Assembly (NCBI GenBank): GCA_032718475.1
Contig: JAUCBJ010007180.1
Location: 18,159 to 82,158 of the forward strand
DNA: 64,000 nucleotides
Reading direction: 5' to 3'
Source of the DNA: Nemertoderma westbladi
Taxonomy: Eukaryota; Animalia; Xenacoelomorpha
Position 1 is the stretch's first letter. Each line of letters starts with the position of its first letter. The translations under genes and the position numbers were made by a program. This document shows positions 36,766 to 47,951 of this stretch, piece after piece. The notes under the pieces were generated by a model. The model was not told the DNA's origin. It searched no databases and saw only the letters and a program-made list of their open reading frames with translations.

Positions 36766-39700
36766 TCCAGACGGATTAAGACAAGTTTGGGATACACTAA
36801 ACATCAGGTATGGTAATAGGAATAACATAGCTGGGTATTTGTATGCAAAGTTGGTAGCGCCCCGAAAGTTTATTAGCAGCGGGATTATAGAGTTTTCCGA
36901 TGAGATTCAGGAGATCTGCAGACAATTAGATTGGCTAGGTAAGTCTCATGAGTATCAGAGTGCTATGGTTATTAGAGCAGTGGCTTCTACTTTACCGAAG
37001 GGTGGAGTAGGTACATGCTGGGACAAGAAAGTGTTATATATGATGGAACAACAACAACGAGACCCTACCATGGCTGATCTCATGTCATTCTTGGATGGCG
37101 AAGTGAAATTACAGCTCATAAAGCAGTCCAGAGAGAAGACCCCGGAAAACAAGGTAAGTGAGAAACCCGTCTCTAGGAGAAAGGTAACACCAGTGTGTTA
37201 TACAGACGACGGCGAAAGCCAGACTTCTCAAGGAGAGGATAGCGGGAAAGACACTGAAAGATCTTATTATGTCAATAAAACGCCTAAAGACCAGGTAAGT
37301 AAATTCAAGTCTCGAACCAATGACAGGAGAGAACAGGTAAGAAAAACTCCTACGTCTCCCAAGAGAATTCAGGTGAGAAAGCCCGAAGAAAGAACGAGTG
37401 TGCACAATGTTACTCAAAATAAGGTAAGTAACATCAAACCGAAATGTGCACCGCCGTTTGAATACGTGTGATGAATTCCTGAAGAAATCATTAGCGGAGA
37501 GACGAGAAGTCATGTGGGATAAGCGGTTGTGTTATAATTGCCTCAGACAAGGACACCAACGGCGAACCTGTTACTCCGACACAAGGTGTGCAAAGTGCGG
37601 TGCGAAACATCATATCTTGTTGCACACTGAATTTGAGCGAAACAGCCAGAGTCAGGTAAGTGATTCCGAACTACATGTCCAATTCAGTGATGTGAACGAC
37701 ACTGACCAAAGTTCTGAGATGGAAGGATTCTATACAGATGAATTCTCCGACGAAGGTGAATCCTGTTACATGATAAATACCGCAGTGTATCGAGCACTTA
37801 CGTATGAAAAAGACCCAGACAACGACCTCACCCTAACTACTTCTGATCGACAACCATCTTGGAAAGCACCACCTTCCAATGTAGGAATCCGAGAATTTCC
37901 TGTAGTACAGGTAAGGGTCCACGGACCTAAAAGGAGTTATGTAGTGAATGCCCTCCTTGACTCCGGTAGTACAGGAACATTCATCGACAAAGAACTAGCC
38001 GAAGACATTTTTGCTGGACAACCCAAGCTCCGAACTAAGCTAAACATGTCAGGAATTATGCAGGTTTGGAAATCTACAGTAATCGCGGATTATTATGTAG
38101 GTGCGTTGTCCACCCCCCAGGATGAACTAGGAGAACATAGTATAAGGTCAGTAAAAATGGTGGCGATAAAGAACTTCGCTACCACTCAAGTGGAACCTTA
38201 TAACTGGGATGAGGACGATTTCACCCAGCAGCTGGAAATACCTAGATTCGACACCGATTACCCTGGAGTGCAAATACTCATCGGTCAAAACGCGCATGAA
38301 GCGCTCGAGACATTGGAGAAACGGCCCGCTCAACTGCAACCACTACAAGCTTATGCGGGAAGAACTAGAGTGGGTTGGTACTTTACTGGGCCTTCCCGTA
38401 GAACTCTCATGGAAAGATTACCGAAAGACCAGGTATGTCAAGTGAGAGAATGGGAAGTCGAGAGCAGTGAGTTAGACGATCCAACTGAGGGAACACCATA
38501 CTCCTCAGATAATGACGATGTCCACCAACTTTTCGACGAGGAGAATGCCTTCGATCTCCTTAAGGAAAACGAGACTTGGCAAAACCAAGTGAATTTATGT
38601 CAACTCCTTCTTCCAACCAAGTGAATTTATGTCAACTCCTTCTTCCATCAGAGCGAGACGACTATAATGACGAGCTTAATGACGTCATTGAACGTTATAA
38701 TGCCAAGACTCGGGACGAACACGCCGTACAATTCTTTACTCAAGAGGCTGTAGAGCCCAATTCCTATGATAAGGCCCTATCGGTAGAGGAAGAAAGAGCC
38801 AAGCAAATCCAAGAGACAACTACACGTTTTCTTAAAGATCAAGGTAGATATGAGATCGGTCTACCTTTCCGAAAGCGAGAACCAAAGTTCGTAAACAACA
38901 GACCCTTGTCGGAGAAAAGAATTGCTCAACTACATCGACGCCTTACGGCAAATTCTTCAGCTAAAGAAATGTATCAAACGCAGTTGAAGAAGTTTATTAG
39001 CAAGGGATATGCGGAGCTAGTACCGGAAGAAACACCTATAACTGAGAGAACGTATTATTTAACTCACCATTACGTTCCCAAACCCGGTAAACCACATGAG
39101 GTACGAGTGGTGTTTGACGGCTCCGCCCTCTATATGGGCCAATCCCTTAATTCTGAATTGCTACCCGGACCCAACTTACTCCAATCATTGTTGGGAATAC
39201 TTTTAAGATTAAGACAATATTCCATTGCTTTCGCCTCAGATATAGAAGGCATGTTCTTACAAGTCAAAGCGCTGGATAGGGATCGAGATAGCTTACGATT
39301 TCTGTGGTGGCCTGAAGGAGACCTCAACCAGAAACTGGTGGAGTACTGGATGACCATCCAAGCTTTTGGGATAATCTCGAGCCCTTCAAACGCCTGTTCC
39401 GTGGTGCGCACCACTGCGGATGACAACCGAGACGCCTTCTCTAAAGAGGTGATTGACAACATTAAGCGGGATATATACATGGACGACAATCTAAAGTCCC
39501 TTCCATCAGTCGAAGAAGCCATCGATGTCGCTAAAGGAACGGTAGAGTGCTTAAAAAGAGGTGGATTTCGATTAACTAAATTCACCAGCAACTCCCGTGA
39601 GTTTCTGGAGTCGATCCCGGTAGAAGATCGAGGAGCAAAAGACCTGGATCTAATAAAAGATTATCTCCCAGAAACTAAGACCCTTGGTTTGAAATGGGAC

Positions 39701-42342
39701 ACCGAAAGAGATATCCTGTTTTTCCAACTAAAACAGCGAGATAATCCAGTTCGGACTAAACGGATTTGTTTAAGTATCCTGAGCACTTATTTCGATCCAT
39801 TGGGATTTATTAGCCCAGTTATATTGATTGCTCAGAGTTTAGTACAACAAATGTGGCTTGAAAACCACTCATGGGACGATCCACTTAAGGGAGAGTTGTT
39901 AAAGAAGTGGATGAAATGGGAAGATTCTCTACCAGCCATCGAGAACTTTATAATTTCCCGTTCATATTTTGGTCATGTTCTCCCTACGTATTCCTATCAA
40001 CTCCATGTGTTTGGAGACGCCAGCGATATGGGAATAGGTATAGTAGCCTACCTAAGGGTGGAAACTCCGGACGGAATCAAAGTCGCCTTGGTTACTTCTA
40101 AGGCATTGATAAACAATCAGTTGAAAGTTCCTCGAGCGGAGTTAAAAGCGGCTCTATACGCTACAGCCATCGGCCGGAATGTAACAGAACAGATCGACTA
40201 TCCACTGGAGAAAACTGTCTATTGGACCGACGCTTTACTCGTGTTGGAGTATATAACCAAAGAAGTCTGTCAGTTCAGCGTCTTCGTTACCAACAGAGTA
40301 GCCATTATACTCAGTCGCACAACGATGGATCAATGGAGACATTGCTCCGGAACGATTAATCCAGCAGACATCGCCTCCAGGGGAGCAACTCCACAAGAAC
40401 TGGTAGACACTCCAGACTGGTTAGGTGGACCCGACTTCCTCTACAAAGAAGAAGAAGAATGGCCTCCTCATCTTACTACAGCAGAGATTAGACAGGCCAA
40501 GGGAGCGGAGAAAGTCAAACCTAAAACTCGGGCGAGTAAATCGAAGTTATTCAAACCCATGGTAGATCTGTCTGTACTACATATTTCCGGAGACAACGCT
40601 TTGGATCAGAAACCCACAGCCACAAATAAACTTGTTGTGGAAATCCGTGAGAAGGATTGGAAATCTGGAATACCAGACGTCTCGCAAGGACTCTCACCTC
40701 TTCTGCAGAGAGCGATACATCACTACAGTTCCTGGAATCGGCTCTGTAAGGCCGTTACATATTTAAAGAGATGTTTTCACCATCACTACTCCGGGATGAA
40801 GGCCAAAGGTGATACCGCTCCAATAACATCAGTGCAGGTCCATGTTATTAAAGATCTTCCCAAATATAAGATACCCGACAGGTTTCTGAAGGAGAAGATC
40901 AGTTATCAGGAGCATGAAGAAACCAACAAGCAGATGCTGAGACTCCTGCAATGCTATGAAGATTCCGATAAGTATTTCCTGTTGTTGAGAAATCCACAGA
41001 TGCGCTTAAGGGATCGTTTCTCTAGCACAATGATAGATGGGTTGATACGTGTTGGAGGAAGATTAACGAATGCTCCATTATCCTTTGACACTAAGTTCCC
41101 CATACTCATTAGAAATCTTGAAATACAAGTCAAGATGATTGTAGATGTTCACAGCAAACTTTATCATGCTGGTAGGGAATGAGTTCTTAGCGAAATTCGA
41201 ACTCGCTATTATTTTTATAAACCCCGTAGAGCTCTGAACCAAGTTCTTAGGAACTGTATACCCTGTAGGAAAGCATTCAGTAGGCCTTTAACACAGCGAG
41301 AGGCAGAATTACCTAGGGAACGAGTAAGCTTCTATGAACCACCCTTTACTAATACCGGTGTGGATTTATTTGGCCCTATTGAAGTATATCGTGCTAGGAC
41401 TATAGTCAAGAGATGGTGTGTAATCTTTGTTTGTATGACTTGTAGAGCTATCCATCTCGATATGGTGAACGATTTATCGACCAACAGCTTCCTATTAAGC
41501 TTACGACGACAGATCGCTCGCTTTGGCACTAGTAACACGATGAGATCTGATAAGGGAACTAACTTCATTGGTGCCAACAATGAAATCAAAGCTTACGTCA
41601 AAGATTGGAACCAAAGACAGGTGGACGATCAGCTACGAGTAACAGCGTCTAGCTGGACCTTCAATGCCGCCGACGCCCCTTGGTGGGGAGGAAGTTGGGA
41701 GAGATTAATAAGAAGTGTGAAGACAGCATTTCACTTTATAGTGCCTTGCCGCGCTTATCTCACCGACGAACTTTTGCGGACGTTAATGGAGGAAATCGCC
41801 GCCTATCTCAACGAGAGACCGCTTATGCCAGTCTCATCGAGTCCCGATTCCCTGGAAGCGCTAACACCCGCGCACTTCCTACTGAAGAAACCTGTAGCCA
41901 TGCTACCACAATCGGAAATCACAGACGGAGACGAATACTGCCGGCAAACTTGGCAACTCATGCAGTTGTTATCCCGTCGTTTCGCTGACCATTTCGAAAA
42001 ACATTATCTGCCCACGCTACAACTTCGAACTAAGTGGTTTGCTTAGCAAGAAAACGTCAGCGCTGGAGACATGGTTCTTATTGTGGATGTAGATCTTCCA
42101 CGTAAGCGGTGGCAGACAGGTCGTATCATCGAGACTCACATCTCGGATGACGGTTTGGTGTGATCGGTAGAACTCGTCGTCATGCGACGTAACTTCAAGA
42201 AACCGGGAATTGTCTTCGAGACGCAGCAGCTCAATCGCCCAGTTGGTCGCTTATGTTTACTGGAAAGAGACAGAGAACTCTCCGGAAACTATGGGAGGCA
42301 AGATACTCTTCCCACGACCACCTCCCTAATCCAACAAACATC
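36766..42342 (+). pseudogene. gag-pol: Element A gag-pol, remainder (Gag knuckles, PR, RT, RNase H, IN)
   Basis: Same motifs as B. Frameshift at ~37450, a 32-bp tandem duplication at ~38583-38646, and stops at 41180, 42044 and 42161. Confidence 0.96.
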
Positions 42343-45124
42343 CAGTAAGCAACCGAGGGTGGACTCTCTATAGCCGAGGGGCACTTGTATAATAACTAAT
42401 AATCACGAACCCCGTCCTCTTATAATATATAACTCTGTAGTAGTCAGTAGTAGTAGTAGTAATAGTAGTAGTAGTAGTAGTATAAGTAGTAAGTAATAGT
42501 AAAGGAGATCGGTTTAAACCAAAGTGATAAAGTAACATTATTATATAACATAATCATATAGACAAAGTAGAATAAGATACAGATTCATAATTATTTTATC
42601 AAACTCATGTACTACTTACTTCAATGTGCCAATTGTAACAATAATTAAACATATTATTCCGATTAATCTGCGTTTGGCCCTATAAGATATTATACTGAAG
42701 TGTTTTATATCAATATATCCATGCGAGTAAACAAGAAGTGAAGTAAATGTTTATTATTATAGTTTTAGAAATTGAATGATATACCCAAGATAGTGAAATA
42801 GATAATATACAAGAAATTGCCATTTGATCAGATATATCAAAGCGGCGTCTTTAGTATAATACCGTAATAGTGTCAATTAACTCTGTTATACAATGTAAAT
42901 ATACTAAATCTATTTATAAATATATTATGAGCCCTACATTGTATATTTCTCCTACAGGTAGACAATGTAGTATGTTAAAACTTGATATAATTTGGTATAA
43001 TGTATAACATATTACAAATAAGACTGAGGCAGCTAAACTATATTGCAAAGAAATCAAATATCCTAGACCCTCCCTCCACCCTATAAATAGTGTTCACCAC
43101 CTACCCCACCCACTGCCCTTATTACTTCATAATAATGAAAGATAGTACTGGTGCTCCGGTCACTCCGTTCCCTCCGCTGGGGGGGTTAAGTTGTAGGTTT
43201 TGACACTATGCAAAATCCGAGCAGAGTTAGAAGCGCATTGGATAGGCGAACATTTCTTGCAGTGAAAGTATTTCCATACCTATTATAGTTTTCGAGATAG
43301 TCAGACATGAGTAGCTAAAATTTGAATTTTTTTTGGTAAAGTCTGATTTCACCGGTACCTATCATCCGAAATATGGATTGTGATATATCGTTAGATGCGG
43401 GTCCACTAAGTGTACATTCACATATTTTCAAGGAAAAAATTCGATCAAGGATTTTCGAAATATTTTCGAATTACCGGAAGCAGACTTTGGACGACCATAT
43501 CTCCGGTACCGATAGGCCTATTGAGTCGAAATTTTTTTTAATCTACTTAGAACACTCCAGTGAATGTTTTTTAGTTTGAAAGTTTTGCCCCAAAATGCTC
43601 AGAAGTAATTTCGAAATAACTGATCATTTCGCGATCATGATCTTTTGACCTCCTAGAATTGAACTTTTTTATGGTCAAATTTTGGCTACCCCCCTAATAC
43701 GATGGTGAGGAATCTTTTTGTAATGTTAAGTTTTTTCATACGGTGAACTCACAGGACTTGGTCTTCGAAATAAAACCGAAAACATGATCTTTCCTGATCA
43801 TGGCCTGATCAAATCGCTTTTTAAAAATTTTGAAATGCTCAAAAGTTGCCCCTTCTTAATAGAAGTCGATTAGTAAAAAAAAATCGGGGGTCTCAAACAA
43901 AGTTTTAGAGAAAATCGGGAAAGACTGAAAAACACGATCTTTTATGATCAGGAAGCTGATCTCGAGAACTGGTTGCCCGATCGAGCCAATTTTTTTTTTA
44001 ATCAACTCAGAATAGACCATTGCACATTTCTTACAATGAATGTTTATTAGAAAAATGCTTAGATTCGATTTTAAATATACTGATCTTTTCGCGATCATGA
44101 TCTTGAGTTTTGACCCACTAGACTTGTACTTTTTTATGCCCAAATTTTGGCTACCCCCCATAATTTGAGGGCGAGGAATCTTTTTGTGATGTTAAGTTTT
44201 TCCATACGGTGAACTCCCAGGCCTTGCTTGGTCTTCAAAATAAAACCGAAAACACGATCTTTTCTGATCGCGGCCTGATCAAATCGCTTTTTGAAAATTT
44301 CGAAATGCTCAAAAGTTGCCCCTTCATCATAGAAGTCGATTCGTAAAAAAAAAATCGGGGGTCTCAAACAAAGTTTTCGAGAAAATTTGAAAAAACCGAA
44401 AAATATCATCTTTAATGATCAGGTATCAGATCTCGAGAACCGGTTGTCCGATCGGGCCAATTTTTTTTTTTAATCGACTCAGGGCGGTGTTCTGAACGTT
44501 TCCTACAGTAATTGTTTATATCCAAAATGCTTAGTTACGATTTTACGAAGTCCGATCTTTGCGCGATCATGATCTTGCGTTTTGACCGGGAAGAATTCAC
44601 TTTTTTTAAAATCTTTTAACGGGAATCATGACTAATGTGGGGTCGCTGAATCTTTTTGTAATGTTAAGTTTTTCGATTGGAGCAAGCATTGAGTGTCCGA
44701 TTGCTGATCAAAACTGATCTTTGCTGATCATGGTCAAGATCATGATCTGATCGCTCCAAAAAAAATCTCTTGAAGGTAAACCCATATGCTGCCTATCGAT
44801 TGGCGCCGGTCCGTAGCATTAGCGGTTCTGGACTTATCTCCATAGCAACATGGTTGCTAGGGAAGCGGACTTTTTGACTCAAATTGGCCCTAGCTGGAGA
44901 ACCGTAGACTTTTTTAACACATTATGTATGGCGAAAAGTCTTCTGGATAAATTTTGGGGGGGGCCTAGGAACATCCTCTTGTTCGTTTTCGCTTAGTTGC
45001 TGAGATCCTCTCGTCCCACAAATTCCAGGATTCTATAAAGGCATTCTGCTGGACTAGTTCCGTGGCCGGAATAGTGTTCGGTGTTCTGCGAACAGAGAAC
45101 CTAATCGGTTTAGGGCCCTGACCG
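42343..45124. mobile_element. 2.78-kb non-coding DNA-element insertion at the end of A's integrase
   Basis: B reads AAACATCTAGGGACTCC uninterrupted; A reads AAACATC[insert]TCTAGGGACTCC, an apparent 2-bp TSD TC. Contains (TAG)n at ~42437-42500 and ~465-480-bp tandem modules at ~43490-44760. Confidence 0.8.
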
Positions 45125-45683
45125 TCTAGGGACTCCCCAACTTAACAATGGCTGGAGTGGGTGTATGACTGTTTTATTCTTTTATATTTATGTATATATT
45201 ATTATGTAATTTTATTATAATCGTTTTCTTTAATTTTACTTAGTAGAATGTTATTTTAGCGATTATTTAGTAGATTAGTGCAATATATATTCGCGTTTAT
45301 TACTTAATTACTTATAAATTATATATTTAAGGCGACGGCGAGAAATAATTCTTTTTCTCCTTCCTTACTGTCCGTATTACATTACGAATACGTAGCTACA
45401 GTAAGATGAAATGTCCGTACTTATTAAAGTACAATAAAGCCACTACTATACTCAAGTATTATTGGTAGGCAGAGTATTAGGAATGCAAAGTTCAGATCCT
45501 CGTGTCTCGGCTAAACCAAGCTCTGGGTAGACCTTGGAAACGACTTGCCTCTTCACACTGACATTGCTTCGTGCGATATTGCTCTCATACCGTATATTAA
45601 ATAATACATATAGTAGCGTGATGTCCCTTTAACAGTAGCATATAACGCAAAATAAATCTGTTAAACCCTTTGACCATCTGCAA

Positions 45684-45948
45684 TTCTAGTCGATTAAGAT
45701 ATCGCGGCACCCACCGATATACTTGAAAGACAAAATTCTAGAATCAGTGGTTAACGTCCCCAGGCAATTTCTGGAATAAACTGGTGCCCATCCTAAATAT
45801 TAATTATTAATATTTATAAAATCTGTCGAAATTTTAGATCCTTTAAAATTCTAGTCGATTAAGATATCATAGCACTTATCGATACTCTTAAAAGGTCAAA
45901 ATTCCTAGAATCAAGGATCCCAGTCCCCAGACACGTTCTGGAATAAAA
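45684..45948. repeat. ~165-bp-period duplication in the post-pol non-coding region
   Basis: TTCTAGTCGATTAAGATATC...TCTGGAATAAA at 45684 and 45849; also duplicated in B (~24540-24800). Confidence 0.85.
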
Positions 45949-46579
45949 TTGTGTCTATTTAACATTAAATAATAAAATTTACGGGAATAAATTTAAATTC
46001 AGATATTTCAATGAATTCAATAAATTGTCATTTTATACAATTTATACCATTCCCAAAATTCCATTAATTAATAGATCATGGGAGCGGAGATTCACTCTAT
46101 TAAGTGTATTTGTATGCGAGAATCTCCAATATATAGTCAATAGCCGATAAAATTCATAAAATCATATATAGAGAGGATATTGACAATTAAATAATTACTA
46201 TTAAATAGCATCCCAGATATGTATGCATGAGAATTACCCTAATTCTACCGCTAGCTTTCCATAATGTCACCATGGCAACAACCACACTAGAATTAGAAGT
46301 GAGTTAAAAGAACAATAGAAGGCTTGCCCCATTGAATAGCATAGTGAAAAAATAGCGCACTGCTAGTATCCAAGGATACATAATAAATACAGTGACATTC
46401 TGGAAGGTACTGACTAACGGACAAATGGCCCGAATGTGTGCAGTTTATGGCAGTTGTGTTGAATTTGTGCGTTTGTAGGTGAATGTTACTACTAAGGTGT
46501 GTTTACAGTAGCGAGTCGCAATTGTGAAAGTAGCCCTAACTCTCCAGAAAGAACCTGCAGTACATCTAAGCCTTTGGGA

Positions 46580-46687
46580 CGGACAGTGGAGTGACTTGTG
46601 CCGGTTATCGTTGTCGTTGTGTAGCTACATCGTTGGCGAAAGCACAGCGACGACGGTACATCGGCGCTGAGGATCTTACACTGTCCG
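46580..46687 (+). ncRNA. Conserved long RNA stem-loop upstream of the accessory ORFs (function unknown)
   Basis: Nested stems CGGACAGTG/CACTGTCCG, GTGCCGG/TCGGCGC and TATCGTTGTCGTTGTG/CACAGCGACGACGGTA. Retained in B (23804-23907) with a U-A to G-C compensatory pair. Confidence 0.6.
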
Positions 46688-46767
46688 GGGGCAAAAGAGG
46701 GGTAGGCAGCGACGCCCGCTAGCCTAATATATAAACTCATTATAATATTGATAAACTCATAGCAGAT

Positions 46768-47166
46768 ATGACTGAGTTGATAGAAGATGATCTCGGTATT
46801 AGGGAGCGATATACTCTACCTTTACAAGCGTTTGTCGATAGCTTGATACGCAGAGACGCTGGTCCAACTACTACGGAGGATGATGGTCGTTATATCGAAC
46901 CGCCAATGTCCCAGGAGCAACTTACGCGTGAATTGGATTATAGAAAGTTCACCGCTCGCTATACGCATCGTAATGGTACGTATATGGACTTCTTAACTAC
47001 TGGCCATCCTATCGATTTACACGATACGGACGATGTAGACACCGAAAGGGAAATGGTTTTATTTAAATATCATACCCAGCGGAGTCGGAACGATAAACCG
47101 AGAATAGAACACGAGAATTCTATTCGAAATCAGCTCGAAAGAAAGAACGTGGAAGAAGGCTTGTAA
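46768..47166 (+). CDS. Element A accessory ORF3a, 132 aa, unknown function
   Basis: Clean ATG. Amino-acid conservation with B (DDGRYIEPPMSQEQLTRELDYRKF...HPIDLHDTDDVDTEREMVLFKYHTQRSRND) with mostly third-position differences. Confidence 0.75.
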   Translation: MTELIEDDLGIRERYTLPLQAFVDSLIRRDAGPTTTEDDGRYIEPPMSQEQLTRELDYRKFTARYTHRNGTYMDFLTTGHPIDLHDTDDVDTEREMVLFKYHTQRSRNDKPRIEHENSIRNQLERKNVEEGL

Positions 47167-47951
47167 AGACAAATAGAGGAGAACCACTGGAGAAGAGACG
47201 TGGGTTAATGTCCAGGGTCCATAATGTGAATAGTTTTCCCCGGGGCACGGGTGCTCGCGGGCGGTCTCCTTCGGGAGGCTGTAAATTTCTCTTCCTTCAT
47301 CGTTTTCCTGTAATTATTGTGATCAGTGTCACAATTAAAAGGCAAGAATGAATGATGACGTGACGGAAAACTTGTCCATTGTGGTATTTTATGGATACTA
47401 CCCTATATCCTCCCTCCTCTTTACTCCCTTTATCCCTCTATACATCGCTATTGAAAATACAACATACTTCGTCCCACCTTCTCTTCCCAACGCGCTCGGA
47501 GCTTTGGGAGACGATCGACCGATCATTGCCGTATCGTGGTATTGATCATACCGCCTCTTAATAAACCTCCCATCCCTTACTATTAATCTGGATGCTCATA
47601 TTGGTGTCCGCACCTCCTGTCCATGTCACACTCTGTTGATATTTATGATATCAACTTCCACCCTCTCGTTGTTGATTAGAAAATCAACCATCTATAATTT
47701 CCTTAAGTCCACAACCGTGATACAAGGACTGAAAGGACACGCGGATAGTTTGTGAACAACTGGTACCATTGTGTGTCATAAATCTGGTTGTTCACCTCCC
47801 TAATCACTAGGGATAAATTCATTTGGAGATAGTCTTCGAACGTTTGTATCCTCTTACTGAGATCGTATTTCTGAATATTTCAGAATGCGAAATAGTTTTT
47901 CCTCTGCTCTACCATCGCTGTCGGAGAACATACTAGGCATACAACGGGAAC

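Noticed and set aside
38583-38646. Programmed frameshift between protease and RT in A
   Set aside because: It is a 32-bp tandem duplication private to A; B reads through in one frame.
45396-47290. Hammerhead or HDV-like ribozyme in the conserved non-coding blocks
   Set aside because: No correctly arranged CUGANGA/GAAA core or nested double pseudoknot found by eye; an Infernal search would be needed.
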